Virus record (IMG/VR): IMGVR_UViG_3300005613_000039
DNA: 64,000 nucleotides
From: an uncultured virus (IMG/VR IMGVR_UViG_3300005613_000039)
Lineage: Duplodnaviria > Heunggongvirae > Uroviricota > Caudoviricetes
Reading direction: 5' to 3' (one strand)
The notes under the pieces were generated by a model. The model had not been told where the DNA came from. It made no database searches and saw only the letters and a program-made list of their open reading frames with translations. Numbering within the stretch: position 1 is the first letter of the stretch; every line of letters begins with the position of its first letter. Both the position numbers and the translations under genes were made by a program. This document shows, piece after piece, positions 40,765 to 50,854 of the stretch.

Positions 40765-41334
40765 TATTTAAACTCGATTCGATCAATTAATTTGTAAAAT
40801 AATTCTCTTGTAGCCTTAATATCTGCCAAACTATTGTGAGCATTTAATAAATCAATACCAAATTTTTGTGAAGCCGTAACTAATTTACAATTTTCAATCT
40901 CAATTGCCTTTTTAAATTGCATTAACTGTAAAATCTGAACAGTATCTATACAGTGATAATCAAACCAACTCCCAAAATATTTATCATTATTCTTTTTCCA
41001 AAATTCACTCAGAAAATCTAAATCAAATCTTACATTATGACCACAGACAGTAAATTTGTCACTTTTATTATAACGATTAATATATTTTGAAAAAATTTTA
41101 ATTAATTTTCTATAAACTTCTTTTGGCATTGAAAATGTTTTAATTTGTTCAAGATTCAATCCATTAATCTCTAATGCTTCTTTTGAAATATTATCATAAT
41201 CAAATGGTTGTGTCTCAAAATAAAACTCTTCTTTAACTTCCCCATCTATTTCAACAATTCCAGCAATAGTTAAGATATCATTTTCTTTAGCGTCTAGCCC
41301 CCGTTGTTTCCACATCAAAATATAAGATTTTCAT
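40764..41334 (-). pseudogene. DnaQ/DEDDh 3'-5' exonuclease with +1 frameshift near 5' end (or sequence error)
   Basis: ATG 41334 gives MKILYFDVETTG; an extra G in the G5 run (41298-41302) separates it from LDAKEND..GHNVRFD..AHNSLADI. Confidence 0.75.
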
Positions 41335-41338
41335 AATT

Positions 41339-41842
41339 CTACCATGCCTTTTCTGAAGAATGATTTAAATCTTCATCATTAACTGAAACTTCCCCAGTAT
41401 AATCTAATTCTTTATTTGCTTTTTCGATTGTTTGTCTTTTTAATAAACTTTGAACTGTCACAACAGCACTTTGAGCTGAATTAACGTAGCGAGTGAAATC
41501 AGAAGCATATCGTCGTAAATCTGAAGCTCTGCTTCTTGCTTTTGCTTTACAGCTATTTTGATCTTGAATTCTCAATTTCTCAATCTTTTCTTCTTCTTCA
41601 ATAATGTAATTATTTTCATATTCTACAAGAAGTGCTTCTAATGCACCACAAACAGCATTTAATTTTGTTTGACATCCATTAAGAATTTGCTGTGCATATT
41701 TTAAATCATATTCTGATAATAAGTCTCCTTCAACAAACTTTTCTGCCCATTCATCAATTTTTGTAAAATATGGCAATGCGTATTTATATAGTTCGTTAAT
41801 TTTTCCATCTTCATATAATTTTTTTACCTCTTTGCTCAACAT
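41339..41842 (-). CDS. Helical hypothetical protein (possible recombination mediator)
   Basis: AAGGAG SD; coiled-coil character; lies between RecA and exonuclease. Confidence 0.5.
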   Translation of the reverse strand: MLSKEVKKLYEDGKINELYKYALPYFTKIDEWAEKFVEGDLLSEYDLKYAQQILNGCQTKLNAVCGALEALLVEYENNYIIEEEEKIEKLRIQDQNSCKAKARSRASDLRRYASDFTRYVNSAQSAVVTVQSLLKRQTIEKANKELDYTGEVSVNDEDLNHSSEKAW

Positions 41843-41984
41843 AGTATCTCCTTATATCTCCATATAAAACCACATGGACTTTTGTATTTTCTTCTACAAC
41901 ACTTTGAAATATTTGTTGTTGTGTTATTATAATAATAAATATCTATCTTTCGTGCTTTTATTTTTACATTTAGTACAGACTTTA

Positions 41985-42179
41985 CTAATCACTAGATTTC
42001 TCCGTTTCGTATTCTTCAGCTTTTGCTAAAATTCCGTCTTTCCATGAATTGGGATGATAGGAAATTGCCAATGCTAATTTTTCGCAAACTTCCAAAAAAT
42101 CGTATATATCTAAATTTTTTGAAACTTTTATAGAAATTTCTGTATCATAATCATCACATTGATAAATTAATTTAGCCAT
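41985..42179 (-). CDS. Hypothetical protein
   Basis: AAGGAG SD; ALAISY..SW similar to 32622-32840. Confidence 0.5.
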   Translation of the reverse strand: MAKLIYQCDDYDTEISIKVSKNLDIYDFLEVCEKLALAISYHPNSWKDGILAKAEEYETEKSSD

Positions 42180-42432
42180 CGATTAATCTCCTTATTAAAG
42201 ATTTTCTTTTATCTATATATTTTAATAATTTAATCGCTTTATTCCAGTTTTCTTCAGAACTTCTATTTTTATCTTTTAAATAGTAACGATAAGCCAATTT
42301 TTCGAGAGTTCTTTGTTTTAATCCAATCATTTTTTCTTTCTAAGATGATGTTGAGAGTCGCACCAAATACATCCATTTTTAGTTATCATTTTTTTATTTG
42401 GTAATTCTTTCTGACAATATTTACAGATTAAT

Positions 42433-43560
42433 TTATTTTTTAACATTTTTTTTTGGTCTTCCTCGTTTTCTTTTTGGAGTTTCTCCAGTACCTCCTTTTG
42501 GAGGGATTATTGTTCCTTCTTGAGTAATTGCTTTTTTTGGAGTATATCCTTCAACTAATAAAGGATGCGGGGAATGTATCATTTGCTTTTCTATTAAATA
42601 TTTTTTAATTTTCTTCTTTTCTTCTTCATTAGCTTCAGAATCAATTTTAATAGACATATCTTCTGATTCTTCTACTGTATCAACAAAGCCTTTTTCATAA
42701 ATAAAAGGAAGATGAACTTCAGAGCCTTCTTTAACCGAATGAGAAGACTTGGTTTTCTCTAGCTTCATTACAACATCAAACCCAATAGCTTCTTTTTTAG
42801 TAGAATATCGAATTTTTCCTTCTGGATCAATTAAATATTCTTTAAATTTTTGCACTGGTGCATCTGAACGCTGACCTCGTCGAACAAACACTCTTGTAAA
42901 TGCCCAGTGTTTTAAAGCTTCGCCACCAGATAAATCAGCGTGAGTATAAAATGAACCAATCCCTGCAATACGAATTTGACCGATCATAATTACACTTGCT
43001 TGAGCATTAAATACATCAGGAGACACTACTCTAAAAAATTTAGATAATGTTCTTGCTAATTCTGCAATTTCTTTTGAAGCGAGTTCTCTTTCTTTTCCTT
43101 TATTCTCTTGTTCATTCTTTGGAGACATAGCCTGAATACTATCTACAACAATCAAATCAATAACTTTTTGTTTACAAAGAGTACGAATAATTTCAAGAGC
43201 TTGTTCTGCATTTGCACATTTTTCAGCCAATACTAATTCTTCTAAATTAACTCCTAGAGATATAGCTCGTTCTTTGTCAAATGTATGCTCCAAGTCAATG
43301 TAACAGCATAATTTTTCTTCTTTTTGAGCATTTGCGATTGCTTGAAGAACTAAAGTAGATTTACCGACCTTTTCTCCACCATAAATCACAGTAAATGTTC
43401 CTCTTTTGGTTCCACCTCCAACGAAATCATCAAATGCTTTTACTCCTGTGGGAATAACTTCTTTTTCCTGAGCCTCATTGCCAAAAGATAAAATTTCTTC
43501 TTTTTGCCCTTTGTTAAATGATTTCATCGTGGATAAAAGTTTTTTTCGTCTTTCATTCAT
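42433..43560 (-). CDS. recA: RecA recombinase with C-terminal AT-hook
   Basis: IPTG..GGEKVGKST, YIDLEH, IVVDS, LAR, GQIR, SGGEALKH. Confidence 0.92.
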   Translation of the reverse strand: MNERRKKLLSTMKSFNKGQKEEILSFGNEAQEKEVIPTGVKAFDDFVGGGTKRGTFTVIYGGEKVGKSTLVLQAIANAQKEEKLCCYIDLEHTFDKERAISLGVNLEELVLAEKCANAEQALEIIRTLCKQKVIDLIVVDSIQAMSPKNEQENKGKERELASKEIAELARTLSKFFRVVSPDVFNAQASVIMIGQIRIAGIGSFYTHADLSGGEALKHWAFTRVFVRRGQRSDAPVQKFKEYLIDPEGKIRYSTKKEAIGFDVVMKLEKTKSSHSVKEGSEVHLPFIYEKGFVDTVEESEDMSIKIDSEANEEEKKKIKKYLIEKQMIHSPHPLLVEGYTPKKAITQEGTIIPPKGGTGETPKRKRGRPKKNVKK

Positions 43561-43914
43561 TTAATTTCTCCTTAACCATCTACGTTCAAAATATATATCT
43601 CTATAATTATTTTTTAATTTCTGAATAGTATCATACAATTTATTATAAGTGATCTCTATTTTATTTTCTTTAGCAAATGTTGAATGATTTTCTTTTTTTA
43701 ATTTATTTAATATATAATCACAAAAAAATCGTTTTCGTATTTTATCTTGCTTTGGATATTCATCGAGATAAAATCTACATTCTTTTTGATATCTCTCGAT
43801 TATCATTTCTTCGGGTAACGGTCTATAAGCACATGTTATTATTTTACTAATTATTTGCATCAAATTTTTGCGATGATCAATAATTGTCCAATTAGGTATC
43901 TTGATTCCCTTCAT
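43561..43914 (-). CDS. Hypothetical protein
   Basis: ORF track. Confidence 0.5.
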   Translation of the reverse strand: MKGIKIPNWTIIDHRKNLMQIISKIITCAYRPLPEEMIIERYQKECRFYLDEYPKQDKIRKRFFCDYILNKLKKENHSTFAKENKIEITYNKLYDTIQKLKNNYRDIYFERRWLRRN

Positions 43915-43926
43915 TTTAAATTTCCT

Positions 43927-44292
43927 TTATTCGTCTTGAACATGATTATAATTTCGAAATATTTCTAATGCTTTGTATAATTCAATAAAATCTTCCCACT
44001 CTAAATGCACTCTTATCTTTTTATCTTTATTTCTTGTTATTAAGATGGGTATATCTTCGGAATGAAGAGGCACTTCTTCTATTATTTTTTGCATATCACT
44101 TTCTTTATAGGCATTTTTTAAACTTTGATTATCTTTACATTCGATTTTGAGACCGCATTTGGTTACAATATCTCCTTTTCTTCCTTTATTCCCACTGCCT
44201 GGACTGCGTTTAGCATGTATGTCTAATTCCTGAATATGCTCTAAAATAAATTCTTCTAATTTTATCCAATCTTTTTTCATAATTAATCCCAT
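43927..44292 (-). CDS. Hjc-like PD-(D/E)XK Holliday junction resolvase
   Basis: LEE..RSPGSG..GDI..IECK. Confidence 0.7.
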   Translation of the reverse strand: MGLIMKKDWIKLEEFILEHIQELDIHAKRSPGSGNKGRKGDIVTKCGLKIECKDNQSLKNAYKESDMQKIIEEVPLHSEDIPILITRNKDKKIRVHLEWEDFIELYKALEIFRNYNHVQDE

Positions 44293-44804
44293 AAATCAAA
44301 AAAGTACTTTTGAAACAACTTCCATCCATTTTTATATCTTTTACATTCTTTCTTGGTCATAACATGATACTTTGAATTTTTTTCTAAATTCTTATATTTA
44401 CTTCTTTTTCTTTCATCACGAACTATAAACCAATCATTCTCATTTATTCTATGAACAATTTCGAAGGTCCACTGAATTTCACCCAAAATTCTTTTCCATT
44501 CTTTAATAGATTTCTTTAAATTAAAAGAATGTTTTTCTCCGACTTTTTTAGGGATATCACAAGGAACTCCATGAACTTGCTCTTTTAATTCTCGAACACT
44601 ATTAGTAATAATATCTGCTAAATAATAATTTAATCCCCAAATATCACAATCAGAATACCCTCTTTTGCCTCTTTGAATAAAATATCTAATATTTCTATAA
44701 GTATCTTTAGGAACATCTGGCAAATTATAAATCAACCAGCGTAACCAATTAACTCTGGGACAAAGAATAAATTTATCCCACCAAGTTTCTTTTTCTTTAA
44801 TCAT
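44283..44804 (-). CDS. Conserved phage hypothetical protein
   Basis: QRGKRGYSD.D.W..GVP..W..IL..G..LF.KYF.DLWD pattern. Confidence 0.6.
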   Translation of the reverse strand: MIKEKETWWDKFILCPRVNWLRWLIYNLPDVPKDTYRNIRYFIQRGKRGYSDCDIWGLNYYLADIITNSVRELKEQVHGVPCDIPKKVGEKHSFNLKKSIKEWKRILGEIQWTFEIVHRINENDWFIVRDERKRSKYKNLEKNSKYHVMTKKECKRYKNGWKLFQKYFFDLWD

Positions 44805-44974
44805 TTAAACTTTCCTCAGATCATTTTCTCTACAAGTTAATATTTCATTTTCACAGTCAATTAAATAATTATACATGTCTTCATGATAGCAGTATGCATA
44901 ATCTAAAACAATACCATGCTTGTTTTTAGAAATAATTATTACTTCGTCGTATTGATTAAAAATTTGTTGTGGTT

Positions 44975-45553
44975 TCATTTTCTCTTTCTCGTTTTCTTTG
45001 TGTATTTGGGTTTAAAATCCATATCTTCTATAATTCCTAATAATCCTAATAACACTCCGTCGGCACAATTATCTTCGTTTATTTCAATATCAATACTTTT
45101 AAGATAGTCTGCGACAGCCTGTTTACTTTTGCCCTTGTATTTTTTTCTATCTAATTTAAAAAGTTTGGCTCTTGCACTTCTGGCTCCAATCGTTTCAAAA
45201 TGGACATCGTTATCGATTGCACAGGCTATAACTAATCCTCCGAATCGTGCTAATTTAATGGTAACATCTGGATTCATTCCTAAAAATACATTTTCGACTA
45301 CACAGCAATTAACTTTTTTATCGATAAATTTTCTAAATTCTTTATACATTTGTTTATATAATTCTTGAACAGTGTTCGCCTCAAATGAAATTAACGCCCA
45401 GTCAATTGTTATATGAGTTTTGGTAGTAGTAATGAAACCTATACCAGTTTTTGTTGCAGTGTCAAAACCAACTGAAACAAAGTTTCTTTTTATTTTTTTA
45501 TTTAATTTAGATTCTAAATCTTTAATTTTAATTTTCATGATTGAACTTTTCAA
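44975..45553 (-). CDS. ruvC: RuvC-like Holliday junction resolvase
   Basis: VGFDTA..TG.G, VVENVF, K..V, DNCADG. Confidence 0.75.
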   Translation of the reverse strand: MKSSIMKIKIKDLESKLNKKIKRNFVSVGFDTATKTGIGFITTTKTHITIDWALISFEANTVQELYKQMYKEFRKFIDKKVNCCVVENVFLGMNPDVTIKLARFGGLVIACAIDNDVHFETIGARSARAKLFKLDRKKYKGKSKQAVADYLKSIDIEINEDNCADGVLLGLLGIIEDMDFKPKYTKKTRKRK

Positions 45554-45622
45554 AATTAATATAGATAGTATTCATTATAGCTAAAAATAAAAGACATGCC
45601 AACAAAAAAGCAATTATAAAAA

Positions 45623-47536
45623 TCATTTTCTAATTTCCAATAATTTCGTATCAGGATTAAATTTTAAAGGTATATCAATAAATTGTTTATTAACTTTAGA
45701 ATCTCTTACTTTAACTGTCTTAAAATAAGGGTTCAGATTATCAGTTGTTCCGTTGGTGGCTGGATAAAGAAACTTGGCTACGAGAGAAGCATACTGTTCA
45801 ACCATGTTCTCAGCATAAAATGTCATATTTTCTTTTTTTAACTGAGCAAAAATAATTGCTAATCCACCCTTTTCAATTAACTGTTCATTAATTTTTTCAT
45901 ACATTACATCTGTTTTAGCGTGTTCGCCGTCAGGAGCCTTCAACCAATCAATAATAGTTATAGCGTTTGGTTTTAAAACGGCTAACGACGGGTCTTTCAT
46001 GACTTTGTAGGCAAAATCACCTTCTTTTAATCCTAAAGTTTGAGCAATTTTAGCGAAACCACCGCCACCTTCTGTTGATAATAAATAAGGGTAATGTCCA
46101 GCATCAATAAGTTTCTTCATTATATTCATGTTGATGTGTGTTTTCCCAAAGCCCGATCTAGCGCCAATCACAATCATGCTTCCTTGATTAAAACATGCAT
46201 AGTCATTGAAGTATGGTATATCAAAAGACAATGGTTTTACTAGACTGATAAAATCTTCTTGCCACTCAATATCTTCAATCAGTCTATATAAATCTTTTTT
46301 GATTTTTACTAATTTTTTATGGTCACAGAGATATTTAACAGCCTGTTCTAAATCTTTTCTATCATAACTCAAACATTCCTTTAGGTCTCGAACATGAGCA
46401 TCTTTGACTATACGCATGTGATTTAAAATCTCTTGACTAATTGTATTGACATCTGCCTGATGATATTTTTCTATGGATTGATACATTGCTCGCATAGATT
46501 TGCTGTCTATAGGGTCGTCAAGAAGATATTTATTAACTATACTCAATGCCTGTTCCATTGTTCTAACTGGCATAATCTTTCTAAACATTCCTCCAACTTG
46601 CGTAAAACGAGAGTTGCAACACCCATCTAGTCCTTTGATGAGTCCTTCTTCACTTGAGTCTCTTTCTGAAATTTCAACTTTCTTTTCTTTTTTTGTCTGC
46701 GATAAGATTAACTCTTTTAAGTCGTCATTCATCTTTTCAATTTTATCACCTGTAATTTTTCTTGTTTTTCCTGCAAATGTAGAAGGCTCAGTCAGAACAT
46801 ACCCACCATCATTTTCAACATCAAAATGAAGTCCTTCATAGTCGAACGAACATTTAGGAATCTCGGATTCATATTCATAAAAAAAGTGAACGCCCTTCCA
46901 GCCAGAATCTTGCATGACAGTATCATTAAAAATATTTAAAGATTTTAATTTATCTAAATTCTCTTGTTTTTTGTTTTTAATTTCTTCTATTTTTTTCGTG
47001 GCTGTACCTTTTTGCCAAATTTCAGATTCTGCTTTTGTGATTAAATCGACATCAATACATGTTGTGTTAGAAATAATTCCTGTTTTGACTCCTAGTCCAC
47101 TTTTATTCTTGAGCCATTGTTGCCACTCTCTAATATCTTTGTGATTCTTCTTTGTCCAGTTTTTTTCTGTCGGTATCTTTTTATCATTTGCTATTGGAAC
47201 TAAATCCCATTTCCAGTCAGCATATTTTTCGAGTAATTTATTTATATGACTGTCAGTTTTTATGTCGAACATTTTAATTAAATGTTTAGCAATGTCTTCG
47301 TCTGGTATATCTTTGTTGCCATCAAACTCTTTTTCTCTACAAACATCGAAGATGTCTCCTATTTTTTGACATTCAGGAGAAAAACAAAAAACATTATATG
47401 TATTTTCTGGAAATATATTAGCGGTTGTTTCTCCACATCGAGGACAACTAAACATCTTACCTTTTTTCTTGAAATCTGGAACTACTTTTTTTAGATAATC
47501 TAAAATATAACTCTGAATATGCTTCTTATTTTTCAT
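45623..47536 (-). CDS. Zn-finger + Prim-Pol + P-loop helicase (primase-helicase)
   Basis: CPRC..CFSPEC; GVKTG..IDVD..HFFY..GGYV..PS; GARSGFGKT; IIDW. Confidence 0.85.
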   Translation of the reverse strand: MKNKKHIQSYILDYLKKVVPDFKKKGKMFSCPRCGETTANIFPENTYNVFCFSPECQKIGDIFDVCREKEFDGNKDIPDEDIAKHLIKMFDIKTDSHINKLLEKYADWKWDLVPIANDKKIPTEKNWTKKNHKDIREWQQWLKNKSGLGVKTGIISNTTCIDVDLITKAESEIWQKGTATKKIEEIKNKKQENLDKLKSLNIFNDTVMQDSGWKGVHFFYEYESEIPKCSFDYEGLHFDVENDGGYVLTEPSTFAGKTRKITGDKIEKMNDDLKELILSQTKKEKKVEISERDSSEEGLIKGLDGCCNSRFTQVGGMFRKIMPVRTMEQALSIVNKYLLDDPIDSKSMRAMYQSIEKYHQADVNTISQEILNHMRIVKDAHVRDLKECLSYDRKDLEQAVKYLCDHKKLVKIKKDLYRLIEDIEWQEDFISLVKPLSFDIPYFNDYACFNQGSMIVIGARSGFGKTHINMNIMKKLIDAGHYPYLLSTEGGGGFAKIAQTLGLKEGDFAYKVMKDPSLAVLKPNAITIIDWLKAPDGEHAKTDVMYEKINEQLIEKGGLAIIFAQLKKENMTFYAENMVEQYASLVAKFLYPATNGTTDNLNPYFKTVKVRDSKVNKQFIDIPLKFNPDTKLLEIRK

Positions 47537-47679
47537 AAAAATCCTTTAATGTTTGAATTAAATTATCATCTTCAACATAATAAAAATCTAATCCATATAA
47601 GTCATAGCAATTTGAAATAAGTTGCATTAATCTTAAATCGGATTTCTTTTGCCAAATTTTTTCTATCTCTTTTAAAATT

Positions 47680-48312
47680 TTATTTATTCGTTTTGGGTCT
47701 CTCACTTAATGTTCCTCTGTTTAACTCGTTAATAATTGTCGGCGATTCCCATTTTTGATTATTTTCTCTTTGCTTTTTCCATCGATAATAAATAGATAAG
47801 ATTTCATCCATTCGAATTGGTCTGAATTTATGAACATCGACACAAACATTAATCATGAGTTTAATTTTCCCGCAATATTTTAATTCTTTAACTTTCCAAA
47901 CATTATGTACATGTCCACATAAAATTAAATCATAATCAATCTTAGCAAAAGTTGGATCGTGAACTAACTGAATTTTCAATCCATTTTGATTTAAAATAAT
48001 CTCGTCTGATTTAGGATTGAATTTATTGGAAGGTCTATCATGATTGCCCTTTATACAAATAAAATTTCCATTTAATTTATCAAATAAATCTTCTGGTTTA
48101 TAAGGTCTACCTTCCCCTCGAAACGCTCTATTTCTACTTGCAAAGAAACCAAAATCTCCTAAAAAATAAACAGTGTCTTCTGCTTTGACTCTTTGATTAT
48201 GTTCACGAATCATTTCTTTATTCATTTCGAACACGTCTTTAAATGGACGATTACAATATTTTATTATGTTTGCATGAAAAAAATGATAATCTGACGAGAA
48301 AAATGTCTGCAT
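47680..48312 (-). CDS. Calcineurin-like phosphoesterase
   Basis: SDYHFFHANII, LGDF, GNHD, CGHVH. Confidence 0.85.
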   Translation of the reverse strand: MQTFFSSDYHFFHANIIKYCNRPFKDVFEMNKEMIREHNQRVKAEDTVYFLGDFGFFASRNRAFRGEGRPYKPEDLFDKLNGNFICIKGNHDRPSNKFNPKSDEIILNQNGLKIQLVHDPTFAKIDYDLILCGHVHNVWKVKELKYCGKIKLMINVCVDVHKFRPIRMDEILSIYYRWKKQRENNQKWESPTIINELNRGTLSERPKTNK

Positions 48313-48313
48313 T

Positions 48314-48670
48314 TTAATTCCTTATATAAATATCAATTGGCTTACTAGCCTTAATTGCTAAATCAATAGAATGTTTTGTGCCTTTTGATTGTCCATCCCA
48401 AAAAGCTATTACTTTATCGGCTTCATTAACAATCAATTTATTTCTAATAAATCCTGCTGATTTTCCATACTTATCCCACTCTGGTTTAAAAATTTCCTTT
48501 TTAAAATTAGCCAAATCAGCTATTTCTTCTGCCCAAGAATCAACTCCTCTTGCCCCGCCTGATACAATAGTTACTTCTTGAGAATGAAAACTCTCAGTTT
48601 CTAAAGATAAAATATATCCGATTAAATCTTTTTCTCTAAATTCTCTACTTCCTACAACTGCAATTTTCAT
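48314..48670 (-). CDS. SLOG family protein (DUF2493/YspA-like)
   Basis: AVVGSR, VSGGARGVD, AG..RN, AFWDGQSKGT. Confidence 0.85.
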   Translation of the reverse strand: MKIAVVGSREFREKDLIGYILSLETESFHSQEVTIVSGGARGVDSWAEEIADLANFKKEIFKPEWDKYGKSAGFIRNKLIVNEADKVIAFWDGQSKGTKHSIDLAIKASKPIDIYIRN

Positions 48671-48672
48671 AA

Positions 48673-49290
48673 TTATTCCTCAAAAGCTAAAATTAAATTA
48701 GCGTATCTTTTTAATTGACATACAACACGAAACTCTTTATCTACAACTTTCTGCCTAAAATTATCATTTTCGTTCTCTTTTCCTCGCATTTTACGAAATT
48801 CTAAAGTTTGTAATGGGCTACCTTCTAAAAATATAGAAAAATTATCATTATAAAATTTTCTTAGATAATTAGCATATAATCCCTCTATAATAAGATAATC
48901 TATGTCTTCCGAATTGATGGCATTATGTTCTATTGTGTCCAAAAATTTATGAGTTCTCTTAAAATGAATTTCTCTTTGATTATTAAAATCTGTATAAATT
49001 CGCTGTAGACTTTCCCAATCAATTTCAGAAGTACCAACAGAATCTAATCCCATTTTTTTACGATTAATCGCTCGAATCGAAGGTACTGTGTGATAATAGT
49101 CGTCTAAAGATACTACAAAACTCGATTTGTTTTTATCAAACAATAATTTTTGAATACAGTAGGCGAGTTCACTTTTTTGTGTACCTGAACCGCCTCCAAT
49201 CAAAATAATTTTCTGATTATTTATTTCTTTAATAACTTTTCTAGCTTTATTATAATCTTTTTCAGATAAAATAATAGGGTCGCCTATCAT
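48673..49290 (-). CDS. Uridine kinase-like P-loop kinase
   Basis: IGGGSGTQKS, SLDDYY, IIEGLYA. Confidence 0.7.
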   Translation of the reverse strand: MIGDPIILSEKDYNKARKVIKEINNQKIILIGGGSGTQKSELAYCIQKLLFDKNKSSFVVSLDDYYHTVPSIRAINRKKMGLDSVGTSEIDWESLQRIYTDFNNQREIHFKRTHKFLDTIEHNAINSEDIDYLIIEGLYANYLRKFYNDNFSIFLEGSPLQTLEFRKMRGKENENDNFRQKVVDKEFRVVCQLKRYANLILAFEE

Positions 49291-49442
49291 GAAAGTTCCT
49301 TTGAATTGAGTTTAATTTAAAACATTTTCCCAGATAAGAAGCAATAGAGTGATAACAAAAACAATGCTTATAACTATTATTAGTCCATTGAGAATTACTA
49401 AACCCAATTCATTTAACCATAGATTCATAAAAATTTCTCCAA

Positions 49443-49775
49443 TTAAGTCTCTAAAAGAAACTTTTCGAGGTATTTTAAAGGTTCTGGTTCAAGAATCATT
49501 TGTTGAAGATGATATTTCCAATCTTTAGGCTTATCATAAATAAGTCTACCAAATTCTGCGTATCCAATAACTTTTTTTTCTCCCCAAAACGCTTTAGCAA
49601 AATCATGAGAGAAAATTATTGGGTAATATTGTTCAGTTTTAAAATAATAATCTATGAGACTTTTATCTTCTGCTCTTTCGCAATTCATTAAAAAATCAAA
49701 AGAATTTTGGTCTATTTCAGTATCTACAATTCTAGATTTAATAATAGCTTTTTGTAATATTTCTTTATCTGTCAT
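49443..49775 (-). CDS. Hypothetical protein (paralog of 34483-34803)
   Basis: IIFSHDFAKAFWG..W.YHLQQM..YLEKFL. Confidence 0.6.
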   Translation of the reverse strand: MTDKEILQKAIIKSRIVDTEIDQNSFDFLMNCERAEDKSLIDYYFKTEQYYPIIFSHDFAKAFWGEKKVIGYAEFGRLIYDKPKDWKYHLQQMILEPEPLKYLEKFLLET

Positions 49776-50845
49776 AATAACTCTTTCAACTTTTTACTTT
49801 GTAAGAAATAAGTTAATAATTTTGATCCACTTAATAAATCGTCCATATGAATAATTTCAGTAGGAGCATGCATTGAACGAAGAGGAATGCCAAACACTAA
49901 TGCCTTGAGTCCATTGCCTTCATTTGAAACAACTAAAGAAGTGTACCCAATATCTCCAGAACATGCTTGTACTTGATAAGAAATCTTTCGTCTCTTCGCA
50001 ATTTCTAAAACAAGATTTAAACAAGTTTCATCTATATCGGTTCCTCGATATAAAGATAACCCTTTACCTAATTCGCATCGACCAACTTCTTTTTCTATTT
50101 CATCGACCAAGCCATAATCTGTCGCGAAAGTTACATCGGCTTCAATAACTAAATCAGGTTTAAATCTATGAACAACTGGAAATAATTTCGAAGTTCCAGT
50201 TTCTTCTTGAGCCGAAAAAACGTAGATAACATTTACTTTTGGTTTAACTCGACTCTTTATTAATTGCTGAATACTTTTTATTAACAAGAAACATCCACTT
50301 TTATCATCAAATCCGTAACCTGTATAATATTTAGAGCTTAATTCTCGAAAGTTGGATTGATATACAACTGGATCGCCAATTTGAATCTTTTTTAAGATGG
50401 CTTCTCGATTTCGAGTACCAATATCCACGTCTGCTTCTGTTGGGTCATAAATATTTTCTTCATCTTCGTTCCAAACAATATGCGAATGTTTTCGATCAAC
50501 TACAGCATTTACAATGCCATTTTTTGTTAGAATATTTAGATGTCGAGCAGAAAGTATGGTACTATCTCCTCCGCCTATGTACTGTAAGCTGATACTTCCC
50601 CACCTATCAACATTATTTACAATAAATCCAATTTCGTCTGAATGAGCATCAATCATTACCGTTTTATCACTGCCAAAATCAAATTTAACAATAACATTAT
50701 TATGCTTGTCTATTTCAATTTTGTCCGAGGAAACAAATTGTGATAAATATGCATAAATAAAATCTGCAATATCTTTTTCGTATCCAGACGGAGAAGGAAT
50801 ATATAATAAATTTTTCAGTAAATCGATGTTTGATAATTGATTCAT
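49772..50845 (-). CDS. M42 family aminopeptidase
   Basis: PSPSGYE, DAHSDEIG, FDDKSG, QEE, DVT, MHAP.E. Confidence 0.9.
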   Translation of the reverse strand: MNQLSNIDLLKNLLYIPSPSGYEKDIADFIYAYLSQFVSSDKIEIDKHNNVIVKFDFGSDKTVMIDAHSDEIGFIVNNVDRWGSISLQYIGGGDSTILSARHLNILTKNGIVNAVVDRKHSHIVWNEDEENIYDPTEADVDIGTRNREAILKKIQIGDPVVYQSNFRELSSKYYTGYGFDDKSGCFLLIKSIQQLIKSRVKPKVNVIYVFSAQEETGTSKLFPVVHRFKPDLVIEADVTFATDYGLVDEIEKEVGRCELGKGLSLYRGTDIDETCLNLVLEIAKRRKISYQVQACSGDIGYTSLVVSNEGNGLKALVFGIPLRSMHAPTEIIHMDDLLSGSKLLTYFLQSKKLKELL

Positions 50846-50854
50846 AATTTGTCC

